From positions 1 to 45,973 of the forward strand of contig CAUBQN010000001.1 of NCBI GenBank assembly GCA_958438125.1: DNA of 45,973 nucleotides, written 5' to 3'. Positions 29,969 to 39,285 of this stretch are shown piece by piece. The DNA comes from an uncultured Collinsella sp. GTDB taxonomy: Bacteria > Actinomycetota > Coriobacteriia > Coriobacteriales > Coriobacteriaceae. The position numbers were made by a program, and so were the translations under genes. Every line of letters begins with the position of its first letter. The stretch's first letter is position 1. The notes beneath the pieces were generated by a model. That model saw only the letters and a program-made list of their open reading frames with translations. It ran no database searches and was not told where the DNA came from.

Positions 29969-30081
29969 CGAGGACTGTCCCCAACGACTAGTCATTTAAG
30001 AACGTCCCCAACGACTAGGTGCGGTTGCTGCCAAGGAGTGTCCCGGGGTGCCGGCACAAAAGGAACGTCCCTAACTGCCGG
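29969..30081 (+). repeat. 27-bp-period doublet repeat, copies 3 and 4
   Basis: GGACTGTCCCCAACGACTAG / AGAACGTCCCCAACGACTAG (29972, 29999) and GGAGTGTCCC / GGAACGTCCC (30035, 30062). Confidence 0.8.
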
Positions 30082-30083
30082 GT

Positions 30084-30725
30084 TTAGGCTGTTAGATCGA
30101 GTTCGTAGAGGAAGCTTTCGCGCGGCATGTCGTGACGGCGCTCTTCGCGGTTGGCGCGGTGCGTGGCCGTGCGCTTAAAGCCGTGCAGCTCGTAGAACTT
30201 CCACGAGCAGTTGGAGTCGGTGTACAGGTGCGCCCTCGTCGCTCCAAGCGAGGACAGGTGCGAGACGGCGGCATCGAGCAGAACCGTGCCAACGCCCAGG
30301 CCATGGACATCGCGATCCACGGCAAGCAGCGTGACCTCGTTGTCGTGCGGCAACGGGCTGCTCTCGAGCAGGCGGTTGTTGGTTCGGATGGTTGCGCGCA
30401 CAAACGAGAGATACTCGGCGCACGCATCGGGCTCTAGCTCACGCATCTGCGATAGCAGCGCGCGTTCGGTATCCATCCAATGCTCGTTGATAGTGGCGCC
30501 GGAGCTCTGTCCCGCACGCGCGAGCGAAATGCCACGCGCCTGACCGTCGATTACGGCAACCTGTGAAAACGTCGACGACGAAAGGCAATAGGCGAGGTCG
30601 CACGCGGCCTCAAGGTGGTTGTACTCATCGTTATCCGAATTGTTATGCCAAAGCTGCTGCAGAATCAGCGCGATGGCGTCGAAGTCTTCGGTATCAAACG
30701 GTCGGTAGAGAACCCGCGAGACCAT
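30084..30725 (-). CDS. GNAT family N-acetyltransferase
   Basis: LLAVDRDVHGLGVGTVLL acetyl-CoA motif; LYTDSNCSWKFYELHGF. Confidence 0.88.
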   Translation of the reverse strand: MVSRVLYRPFDTEDFDAIALILQQLWHNNSDNDEYNHLEAACDLAYCLSSSTFSQVAVIDGQARGISLARAGQSSGATINEHWMDTERALLSQMRELEPDACAEYLSFVRATIRTNNRLLESSPLPHDNEVTLLAVDRDVHGLGVGTVLLDAAVSHLSSLGATRAHLYTDSNCSWKFYELHGFKRTATHRANREERRHDMPRESFLYELDLTA

Positions 30726-31002
30726 GGTGCCTCTTTCTTTTGCGGATGCATATCGAGCACAGTTCTACCACGCCATTGGCATCTAATTATGGTGCCCCTG
30801 TGTTCCATGAACTCACCGTGCCCGGTGCCATGCCCATCCCCTCCGCTCGCAAACTTTTTCTGCACATGCGCCCGTTGCGGGGTGCATCGATGCGCTCGAT
30901 GCGCTACATTAAATCAGTATTTTCAATGCCGCTGCGCGAGCGCTGCAGATCGACGTATCACCGACTCACAGAGCACGGCGGCGTACCAGACAGGAGGACT
31001 GC

Positions 31003-32610
31003 ATGGGATCTGATGTGAAGATCGCACGCGCGTTGATCTCGGTTACCGATAAGACGGGCGTCGTCGATTTCGCACGGACGCTGGTTGACGACTTTGGCGT
31101 CGAGATCATCTCTACGGGCGGCACGGCTCGTGCCATCGAGGACGCGGGCGTTCCCGTAACCCCCATCGAGGAGTTCACGGGCTATCCCGAGATGATGGAC
31201 GGCCGCGTTAAGACCCTGCACCCCAAGGTTCATGGCGCGCTGCTGGCCCGCCGCGATTCCGAGCAACACATGCAGGAGGCGGCTCAGCACGGCATTAAGC
31301 TGATCGATCTGGTCGTCGTCAACCTGTACGAGTTCGAGAAGACCGTCGCCAACCCTGAGGTCACCTTCGCGGACGCCATCGAGCACATCGACATCGGTGG
31401 CCCCTCCATGCTGCGCTCTGCCGCCAAGAACGCCACGAGCGTTACCGTCATTTCCGACCCGGCCGACTATGATGCCGTCCTGGCCGAGATGCACGAGACC
31501 GGTGGCTGCACCACGCTTTCCACCCGTCGTCGCCTGCAGGTGAAGGTCTACCAGACCACCGCCGCCTACGACACGGCCATCTCCCGCTGGCTCGCCGCCC
31601 AGGCAAGCGACGTGGCGGACACCTCTGCCAAGCTCGAGATTTCGCTGGAGAAGGTCGACGACCTGCGCTATGGCGAGAATCCTCAGCAGAAGGCTACGGT
31701 CTACCGCTTTGCCGAGGGCTGCGAGAACACCGCGAGCTCGCAGTTCCCGCTCGTGGGCTCCGAGCAGATCCAGGGCAAGCCGCTCAGCTACAACAACTAT
31801 CTGGATGCCGATGCCGCTTGGAACCTGGTCCGCGAGTTCGACGAGCCGGCCTGCGTGATCCTCAAGCACCAGAACCCTTGCGGTTCTGCTGTTGCCGAGG
31901 ACATCACGGCTGCCTACGACCGCGCCTTCGCCTGCGATCCCAAGAGCGCCTTTGGCGGCATCATCGCCTGCAACCGCGAGGTTCCCTATGAGCTGGTCGA
32001 GCACTTTGCCGATCAGAACAAGCAGTTCGTCGAGGTTATCATCGCCCCGAGCTACACTGCCGAGGCGCTCGAGCGCATGGCCAAGCGCCCCAACTTGCGC
32101 GTGCTGGCCACCGGCGGCGTGGACCACGGCGCCCAGGTGGAGCTGCGCTCCGTCGACGGCGGCATGCTGGTGCAGGAGGTCGACCACGTGACCGAGGATC
32201 CCGCGACCTTTACGTTCCCTACCGACCGCAAGCCCACCGACGCCGAGATGGCCGAGCTCGAGTTTGCCTGGAAGGTCTGCAAGGGCGTCAAGTCCAACGC
32301 CATCCTGGTTTCCAAGGGCAAGGCCGGCATTGGCATGGGCCCGGGTCAGCCTAACCGCGTTGACTCCGCACTGCTTGCCTGCGAGCGTGCCGAGGACTTC
32401 TGCGAGCGTGAGGGCGTGGAGAAGGGCGGCTTTGCCTGCGCAAGCGACGCATTCTTCCCGTTCCGCGACAACGTCGACGTGCTTGCCGCGCACGGCGTGA
32501 CCTGCATCATCCAGCCCGGCGGCTCCAAGCGCGATGACGAGAGCATTCAGGCCTGCAACGAGCACAATATTGCTATGGTCTTTACCGGCGCCCGCCACTT
32601 TAGGCACTAA
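31003..32610 (+). CDS. purH: Bifunctional AICAR transformylase/IMP cyclohydrolase
   Basis: [56 protein letters not shown]. Confidence 0.98.
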   Translation: MGSDVKIARALISVTDKTGVVDFARTLVDDFGVEIISTGGTARAIEDAGVPVTPIEEFTGYPEMMDGRVKTLHPKVHGALLARRDSEQHMQEAAQHGIKLIDLVVVNLYEFEKTVANPEVTFADAIEHIDIGGPSMLRSAAKNATSVTVISDPADYDAVLAEMHETGGCTTLSTRRRLQVKVYQTTAAYDTAISRWLAAQASDVADTSAKLEISLEKVDDLRYGENPQQKATVYRFAEGCENTASSQFPLVGSEQIQGKPLSYNNYLDADAAWNLVREFDEPACVILKHQNPCGSAVAEDITAAYDRAFACDPKSAFGGIIACNREVPYELVEHFADQNKQFVEVIIAPSYTAEALERMAKRPNLRVLATGGVDHGAQVELRSVDGGMLVQEVDHVTEDPATFTFPTDRKPTDAEMAELEFAWKVCKGVKSNAILVSKGKAGIGMGPGQPNRVDSALLACERAEDFCEREGVEKGGFACASDAFFPFRDNVDVLAAHGVTCIIQPGGSKRDDESIQACNEHNIAMVFTGARHFRH

Positions 32611-32640
32611 GTTTCGCCCCGGAACAAAATAATCTCTGCA

Positions 32641-32675
32641 AAAGACGGCTGCTCCGTTTGGAGGGCCGTCTTTTT
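32641..32675 (+). terminator. Intrinsic terminator after purH
   Basis: AAAGACGGC...GCCGTCTTTTT. Confidence 0.7.
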
Positions 32676-32715
32676 GGTATAAGAGGACGGAATGACTAAC
32701 ACGAAAGGTACAACC

Positions 32716-33423
32716 ATGCCCCAGATTGATGATGCCGAGCTGTTTGGCAATGCCGAGGATCAGCGTGCGTACGAGGACTTTTGCGCCAATCAGGAGGCGG
32801 TCGAGAAGTTTACGCTCGACAAGCCCGCGCTTGTCTGCCGTTGGCGCATGTCCAATAAAAAGGTGCCCATGCTCAACCGCCACATTCGCGCACTGTCCGA
32901 GCGCCTGGTGCAGGGCGAGCCGCTTACCCATAACATGCTCAGCTGGGCCAAACAGCACGTTGAGTGGTCGCTTGCCGAGGGCGATTACACTGCGCACGAC
33001 GGCGTACTCATGCTGGTGATCGACATCAACGGCAACGCCGCCATGACGGTGGGGGAGTACGAGCCGCTCGCCGATACGTCGGCCAAGGCGCTGCGCGCCC
33101 GTTCCGCCGAGGCCCGCTCCGAGGCCGACGAGACCGGCGTGGCGCCCGAGCTGCTCGCCGCCGTCGATAACGGCGAGCTTGCCTTTGTGGCGCCAGCGGA
33201 CGAGTGCCTGTGCGGCACGGCGACACTCATCGAGCAGCTGGCCCAGACCAAGGGCATCCCGGTCACGCGCGTAGACATTCCCGCGCAACTCAAGGGCGCG
33301 CTGTTCCTGGTGAGCGACGAGCACGGCGTGGTTCCCGCAACCGAGACGGACGCTGCGGAGGCCGACGCCGCCACGGTCGCCTTCTTCGCCGAAGGCTACG
33401 AAAAGCTCCGTGCCCGCCGCTAA
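32716..33423 (+). CDS. Hypothetical protein, possibly a degenerate class-IV aminotransferase fold
   Basis: GAAAGG RBS; LNRHIRAL and LIEQLAQTKGIPV...LFLVSDEHGVVP resemble fold-type IV segments. Confidence 0.6.
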   Translation: MPQIDDAELFGNAEDQRAYEDFCANQEAVEKFTLDKPALVCRWRMSNKKVPMLNRHIRALSERLVQGEPLTHNMLSWAKQHVEWSLAEGDYTAHDGVLMLVIDINGNAAMTVGEYEPLADTSAKALRARSAEARSEADETGVAPELLAAVDNGELAFVAPADECLCGTATLIEQLAQTKGIPVTRVDIPAQLKGALFLVSDEHGVVPATETDAAEADAATVAFFAEGYEKLRARR

Positions 33424-33606
33424 ATGATGTTTCTGGGACGGGGATTAAAGAATCATTTTGGTCCCCGCCACCGCTGCGAGTGCGAGGCGGACAAAACGGC
33501 CCCGCTCGCGAACAGTTCTGTCACCTGGCACCGCGCGAGGCGTGTACTCGCGACGCCGTGGGCATAATGGTGTGGAAGGTGCAAGTTACGCGAAATGGGA
33601 GGACAC

Positions 33607-34278
33607 ATGGCGCTGATCTATGTCGTTGAGGACGACGAGCCCATTCGTCGTGAGCTTATCGACATCCTTGCCCGCGCCGGGTTTGAGATCGAGGCCTGCG
33701 AATCGTTTGAGCACGTCTCGCGCGATATTCTCGCCGCCGCACCCGACCTGGTGCTGCTCGACCTGACGCTTCCCGTCAAGGACGGCCAGCATATCTGCCA
33801 CGAGGTTCGCCGCGAATCCGAGGTTCCCATCATCGTCCTCACGTCGCGCACGACCGAGATTGACGAGGTCATGGCCATGACGCTCGGCGCGGACGACTTT
33901 GTTCCCAAGCCCTATAGCGCCCGTGTGCTCGTGGCGCGCATCAATGCCTTGCTGCGTCGCACCGCGGCGGCGGGCGAGCGCAGCACGCTCGTCCACAAGG
34001 GACTGGAGCTCGACCTCGCACGCTCCATGGTCACCAACACGCAAACGGGCGCCAGCACCGAGCTCACCAAAAACGAGCTGCGTATCCTCTCGCTGCTTCT
34101 GAGCCGCGCGGGCAAGATCGTTTCGCGCTCGGCCATCATGCAGGACCTGTGGGACTCCGACGCCTTTGTGGACGACAATACGCTTACCGTCAACATCAAC
34201 CGCCTGCGCACCACGCTCGAAAAAATCGGCATCAAGGGGTATTTGACAACGCACCGCGGCCAGGGCTATTCGGTCTAG
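33607..34278 (+). CDS. OmpR-family response regulator (BceR/GraR-like)
   Basis: VVEDD, LLDLTLP, GADDFVPKP, LTKNE, FVDDNTLTVNINRLR, THRGQGY. Confidence 0.92.
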   Translation: MALIYVVEDDEPIRRELIDILARAGFEIEACESFEHVSRDILAAAPDLVLLDLTLPVKDGQHICHEVRRESEVPIIVLTSRTTEIDEVMAMTLGADDFVPKPYSARVLVARINALLRRTAAAGERSTLVHKGLELDLARSMVTNTQTGASTELTKNELRILSLLLSRAGKIVSRSAIMQDLWDSDAFVDDNTLTVNINRLRTTLEKIGIKGYLTTHRGQGYSV

Positions 34279-34287
34279 GGGCCGGCT

Positions 34288-35331
34288 ATGTCGTTTGGCA
34301 AGTTCTTTAAAGATGCGCTGCTTCCCGTCGCCGTGTGGACGTGCGGTGTGCTGCTGAGCTGCTTTGTGCTGACGGTCGCCGGCGCACCCGTTTCTATCGT
34401 GGTCGTGGCGGTTGGCGTGTCCTTTATCTTCGGTATGCTCGGCATCGTGGTCGAGTACGCTCGCCGTCGCCGTTTTCTGCGTCAGTTGGAGCGCGCGGCC
34501 GAGGAGCTCGAGAGTCCCGCATGGGTGCAGGAGATGGTGCAATGCCCGACCTATGCCGAGGGCGAGCTCGAGTACGAGGTCTTGCGCCGGGTGGGCAAGG
34601 CGGCATGCGACGAGGTTGCCGAAGGCCGGCGTCAGACCGATGACTATCGCGACTATATCGAGAGCTGGGTCCACGAGGCCAAGCTGCCCCTGGCGACGGC
34701 CCATCTGATTTTGGAAAACCTGGATGGCAGCGAAGACGACCTGTCGCGTGTGGATGACCTGGGTCGCGAGCTGGCTCGCGTGGAGCGCTATATCGACCAG
34801 GCGCTGTACTACGCGCGCTCGGAAGTCGTGGAGCGCGACTACTTGATTCGCCGCTGGGATCTCAAGACCCTGGTGACGGGCGCGATTAAGGCCAACGCGC
34901 GCGAGCTCATCGCGGCGCACGTGGCCCCGGTGTGCGAGAACCTCGACTTTGAGGTCTTTACCGACAAGAAGTGGCTCGAGTTTATTCTGGGCCAGCTCAT
35001 TCAGAACAGCATTAAATATGCGCGCGCGGATGGCGCAAAGATCGTGTTTTCGGGTGCGTTGCTGGACGAGGGCCTGGCAAGCGAGCGCATCGAGCTTACC
35101 GTCGCGGACAACGGCTGCGGCGTGAGCGCGGCCGACCTGCCGCGCGTGTTCGAGAAGGGCTTTACCGGCGACAACGGCCGCACCACCAAGCGCGCAACGG
35201 GCATCGGCCTCTATCTGGTGGCACGCCTGTGCTCCAAGATGGGCATCGACGTCACCGCGGCATCCGATTCCGGCGAAGGCTTTGTTGTCACGTTTGCCTT
35301 CTCAACCAACAAGTTCCAATACTTTGAGTAG
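34288..35331 (+). CDS. Intramembrane-sensing histidine kinase (BceS/GraS-like)
   Basis: Two close TM segments, WVHEAKLP, TDKKWLEFILGQLIQNSIKY, VFEKGFTG, TGIGLYL. Confidence 0.9.
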   Translation: MSFGKFFKDALLPVAVWTCGVLLSCFVLTVAGAPVSIVVVAVGVSFIFGMLGIVVEYARRRRFLRQLERAAEELESPAWVQEMVQCPTYAEGELEYEVLRRVGKAACDEVAEGRRQTDDYRDYIESWVHEAKLPLATAHLILENLDGSEDDLSRVDDLGRELARVERYIDQALYYARSEVVERDYLIRRWDLKTLVTGAIKANARELIAAHVAPVCENLDFEVFTDKKWLEFILGQLIQNSIKYARADGAKIVFSGALLDEGLASERIELTVADNGCGVSAADLPRVFEKGFTGDNGRTTKRATGIGLYLVARLCSKMGIDVTAASDSGEGFVVTFAFSTNKFQYFE

Positions 35332-35356
35332 TCAGCCCGTATAGCGTAGACGTTCA

Positions 35357-35497
35357 GGATCTTCCCATTTAAGAAGAAATCAGGCTTTTCGGCAGCTATA
35401 TTCCCGAACGGGAACATTGCTAATGTAGTCAACACTATATTCCCGTACATGAACATAGTGCTACAGTTTTATACTATGTTCACGGGCAGGAATATAG
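35357..35497. promoter_or_regulatory. Four 24-bp pseudo-palindromic operator-like sites at 39-bp spacing
   Basis: GGATCTTCCCATTTAAGAAGAAAT (35357, degenerate), CTATATTCCCGAACGGGAACATTG (35396), CTATATTCCCGTACATGAACATAG (35435), CTATGTTCACGGGCAGGAATATAG (35474). Confidence 0.7.
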
Positions 35498-35508
35498 CTG
35501 GAGGCGTT

Positions 35509-35799
35509 ATGAGAACGGTGACAACGATTAAAAAGCTGGATGGGCGCGTCAAGCTCAAACCGTCGGAAGCCGCTTTCTCGGAGCGCACGGTTTTCGATCC
35601 CTCTGAGATAGGGAAGGCCCTTAGGCTCAGAAGGCGTGAGCTCGGCTTGACTCAACGTGACGTCGCGACTATGACGGGTCGCAGCCTTCGTGTGATTGGT
35701 GATATCGAACGGGGGCGGACAACGGTCGAAATTGGTGTCATTTTCGATTACGCCTCCATCGTGGATATTGATTTTATTCTGAAGGTGAGGGGGAAGTAA
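35509..35799 (+). CDS. hipB: HipB-like XRE HTH antitoxin
   Basis: IGKALRLRRRELGLTQRDVA...IGDIERG; GGAGG RBS; stop overlaps the hipA start (TAATG). Confidence 0.8.
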   Translation: MRTVTTIKKLDGRVKLKPSEAAFSERTVFDPSEIGKALRLRRRELGLTQRDVATMTGRSLRVIGDIERGRTTVEIGVIFDYASIVDIDFILKVRGK

Positions 35800-37090
35800 T
35801 GGATGGCACGCTGTTCGTTCACCGTGAGTTTAATGGGTCTTACCAGCTGGTCGGCATATTGGAGGAAAATGCGGGGTTTCCGATATTCACCTATAGCCCC
35901 AAATATCTCGAGAGCGGTGATGCGGCGCCGATTTCGATCTCGCTGCCGTTGACGGCCGAGACATTTAGTCCGGATGCAACGGGTTCCTTTTTCTCCGGCA
36001 TCATTCCGGAGGGGCAGCTCAACAGGGACCTTGAGAAAAGGGCGCGAGCGGAACGCGGAGATTACTTCAAGGTACTCGATTTGGTCCGCGATGAACCCGT
36101 CGGCGCCCTGGTTCTGACGCGAGAGCCTTCGGGCGACAGCCTCGAAATGGACTATGAAGAGATAGGTGCGGAACAGCTAAGCGGGCTGGCATACGCACCG
36201 GCGGAGGTTGCTTTTGATTTAGCGCTAGAGAGTCGAATCTCCCTTGCAGGTGCTCAGGCGAAGATCGGTCTCTACCATACGGGCGATGACCCATGTGGTG
36301 GATGGTACCTGCCTCATGGAGCGGCTCCATCCACGCACATTCTCAAGGCGGGGTCGAAAACGTTCCCGGGCGAGACAGTGTGCGAAGCGATGTGCGTGAG
36401 AGCCGCCTCTCTGATGGACCTATCGGCCGAAGAGTGTTTTCTTATCCGAGTTGAGGATGCCGAGCCAATTATCGCCGTGAAGCGATTTGACCGAGTAACG
36501 TCTGATGCCGGACGCTCGGTTGACGGATTGCCAATTCCATACCGTTTGCATCAGGAAGATGTTTGTCAGGCCAAGGGCGTCTCGCGTGAGCTTAAATATG
36601 AGCCGACGGGCGTCAATTACCTGGGGCTTATCGTCGATGCGGTGCGAAGGGCGTCGACGAATCAAATGGAGGACAGGTTCCTTGTCGGCTATAACCAGCT
36701 GTTCGACTATGCCGTAGGTAACTGTGATAACCATCTAAAGAACTGGTCGCTCGTATGGGACGAAAGTTGGAAGCAGGTGAGGTTGGCGCCGCTCTATGAC
36801 GTGCTGTGCACACGGTTTACCCCAGTCTCGTTCGTGAGATGGGCGTCTCGTTTGGTGGGAGCCGCAAGATTGACGAAGTAACGCGCGGGTCGGTGATGAG
36901 CCAAATGATTGGGGCGGGTTTGCCCGGGGGAATTGTCGCCGGAATGATTGCTGATACCTGCAATGAGGTTCCAGACGCGCTAAGAGACGCCGCGCGCGGT
37001 CTCAAAGAAGAGGGTTTTCCCGAAGCGGAGGTAATGTTCGAGAAGATCATTCCAGAAGTGCAAGCTCGTCTAAGCAGGATCGCCTTATAG
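35799..37090 (+). pseudogene. hipA: HipA-family kinase toxin, frameshifted near 36810
   Basis: ISISLPL, SLAGAQAK, STHILK, KRFDR, LHQED, GNCDNHLKNWS, LAPLYD; the HipA-like C-terminus (TVYPSLVREMGVSFGG...) continues in another frame to TAG 37090. Confidence 0.8.
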
Positions 37091-37115
37091 TAAAAACGTG
37101 CCATCCCAAACAAAA

Positions 37116-37141
37116 CGTGCCGCCCCAAACGGGGCGGCACG
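37116..37141. terminator. Hairpin between convergent hipA and usp
   Basis: CGTGCCGCCCC-AAAC-GGGGCGGCACG. Confidence 0.65.
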
Positions 37142-37182
37142 CCATTTTTCTATCAGACAACTCGCTGAAGTAAGGCTGCGAA

Positions 37183-37275
37183 GGCCGCGGGGCCGGGAGG
37201 GGTTTCCTAAGGGCACATCCCGCAGCCGCAACGCGGCGAGGACGTGCCCGTGGAAACCCCGCAGGCCCCGCGGCC
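37183..37275. repeat. About 93-bp imperfect palindrome (REP-like)
   Basis: GGCCGCGGGGCC...GGGTTTCC..GGGCAC ... GTGCCC..GGAAACCC...GGCCCCGCGGCC. Confidence 0.75.
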
Positions 37276-37288
37276 GGTGGGAGCAACG

Positions 37289-37726
37289 CTACTTCACGAC
37301 CAAGATGTCGCAGTCGGTGTTGCGTAGCAGGAACGTCGAAATCGAACCCAGGAGCGCGTACTTGATCGAGGACAGGCCGCGTGCGCCGCAGAGCACCAGG
37401 TCGGGCTTGACCACGTCGAGCATCTCGTCTTTGAGCGTCTCGCGAATACGGCCGGCGCGAATCATGACCTCGACCTCGGGAATGTCGGGATTGGCTTTGG
37501 CCTCTTCGAGCTGCTTGGCGATGGAGTTCTTAAATGCCTCCTCTAGGCCGTTGACCAGATCGACTGGATATGAACCGGCGCTCTCGAGTGCCGTGGAATC
37601 GATAACGTGGCCGATGATTAGCTTGGCGCCGTTGTTCGCGGCGACCTTGATGGCGCGTGCGAGCACAAAATCCTGCTGCTCAGTACCGTCGAGTGAAACA
37701 AATACCTTGGTGTAGCCCTCGTTCAT
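37289..37726 (-). CDS. uspA: Universal stress protein
   Basis: VFVSLDGT, HVID, DLVLCGARGLS, LLGSIS, CDILVVK. Confidence 0.92.
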   Translation of the reverse strand: MNEGYTKVFVSLDGTEQQDFVLARAIKVAANNGAKLIIGHVIDSTALESAGSYPVDLVNGLEEAFKNSIAKQLEEAKANPDIPEVEVMIRAGRIRETLKDEMLDVVKPDLVLCGARGLSSIKYALLGSISTFLLRNTDCDILVVK

Positions 37727-37972
37727 GGTTTCCTCCTTGGTCTATCGCACGGGCGTGGGGCTCGTGCATCGGGCGGACGCGGATGCGTGGCCGCCGGACA
37801 CTTTATCTTGTTGCAGTTATACCCAAGGATTTGGGTTTGACCGCTCGCAATTCTGTGAACGGGCGAGTTTTTTGGTAAGGGTAGGCGCAGACGCGCCCGA
37901 ACGGTTGATAATGGGACATCGCCCGCACCGTCCGCAGAACAATATCGGCGGGTGTCTAACGAGGGGGTCCTT

Positions 37973-38953
37973 TTGGATATCATCGAGCTTATAAAATCTG
38001 CCTTCATGGGCCTGGTCGAGGGCATCACCGAATGGCTGCCTGTTTCGTCGACCGGTCATATGATCTTGGTGGACGAGTTCGTCAAGATGAACGTGAGCGA
38101 GACGTTCTGGAATATGTTCCTGGTCGTGATTCAGCTCGGCGCCATTCTGGCCGTCTGTGTGCTGTTCTTCCATGAGCTCAATCCGTTCTCGCCCAGCAAG
38201 GGTAAGGAGGGCCGTCGCGACACCTGGGTGCTGTGGGGCAAGATTGTGCTCGGTTGCATTCCTGCGGCGGCGATCGGCCTACCGCTCAACGACTGGATGG
38301 AGGAGCATTTCTACAATGCTCCCGTCGTGGCGCTGGCGCTCATTGTGTACGGCGTGCTGTTTATCGTGATCGAGAACTGGCGCGCGAGCAAGCGAGAGGA
38401 AATGGCCGTTGCCGGTTCGTTTGGTTCGCGTGCTGTGGTGTCGGGTGGACGTCCCGCCGGTGCGCACTTTGCGGCGCCCGCCGCGGCTACCGCTGAGGAT
38501 GAGGGCGATGACGAGGATCTGGATTTTGGCTCCATCGCCACGCTCGAGGACCTGAGCTGGAAGACTGCGCTGGGTATCGGCTGCTTCCAGGTGCTTTCGC
38601 TGGTGCCTGGTACGTCTCGCTCCGGTTCCACCATCATCGGCGGCCTGCTTTTGGGCTGCACGCGTTCGGTGGCGTCCAAGTTTACGTTCTTCCTGGCCAT
38701 CCCTGTTATGTTTGGCGCGAGTGCGCTCAAGCTGGTCAAGTACTTCATCAAGGGCGGCACGTTCGGCGCCAACGAGGTCGCTATCTTGGGCGTGGGCTGC
38801 GCTGTGGCCTTTGTGGTTTCGCTCATCGCCATCAAGTGGCTCATGGGCTTCGTCCGCCGTCACGACTTCAAGTGCTTCGGTGTTTACCGCATCATCCTGG
38901 GCATCGTAGTGCTCGCATATTTCTTCGTTCTGGAGCCGATGCTCGGCCTCTAA
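37973..38953 (+). CDS. uppP: Undecaprenyl-diphosphate phosphatase
   Basis: GLVEGITEWLPVSSTGH, IQLGAILA, PGTSRSGST, FFLAIP, FGVYRI; TTG start inferred after GAGGGGG. Confidence 0.95.
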   Translation: MDIIELIKSAFMGLVEGITEWLPVSSTGHMILVDEFVKMNVSETFWNMFLVVIQLGAILAVCVLFFHELNPFSPSKGKEGRRDTWVLWGKIVLGCIPAAAIGLPLNDWMEEHFYNAPVVALALIVYGVLFIVIENWRASKREEMAVAGSFGSRAVVSGGRPAGAHFAAPAAATAEDEGDDEDLDFGSIATLEDLSWKTALGIGCFQVLSLVPGTSRSGSTIIGGLLLGCTRSVASKFTFFLAIPVMFGASALKLVKYFIKGGTFGANEVAILGVGCAVAFVVSLIAIKWLMGFVRRHDFKCFGVYRIILGIVVLAYFFVLEPMLGL

Positions 38954-38997
38954 CTTAGTCGACGCTGCGCGGCGGCCGGGGCGACAACTTGTCATTC

Positions 38998-39039
38998 AAA
39001 GGGGGTGGCATGACCAAAAGGTCTATGCCGCCCCCTTTT
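38998..39039 (+). terminator. Intrinsic terminator after uppP
   Basis: AAAGGGGGTGGCAT...ATGCCGCCCCCTTTT. Confidence 0.65.
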
Positions 39040-39285
39040 CATGCCAATTTGTTCGCCCTGGCCGCCGCTCGCTGCTGCTGCCATGACATCGGCGGTTTCG
39101 TGATTGCCAATAGATTGGTGCAAAGTAACCTGACCCCATTGCGCCAAATCCGCTGGGCGGGCCTGACGGTGGCGCACGGAGTCGTGGTGTGATTTGCGTC
39201 GGTGTCCGCGCGGCTCGGTATACTGATACGGCTCAAACTATGGCGCTGCCCGCAGGCGCGCCGTCCGTCAGATGAGGAGTCGCCC

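Noticed and set aside
30726..31002. ZMP/ZTP riboswitch upstream of purH
   Set aside because: Expected from context, but I could not find the conserved GACTGGCG...GCCTGGGC-type motifs; an Rfam scan would settle it.
35357..35497. Possible CRISPR-like regularly spaced repeats
   Set aside because: The repeats are degenerate with 15-bp gaps and sit in a toxin-antitoxin promoter; operators are the simpler explanation.
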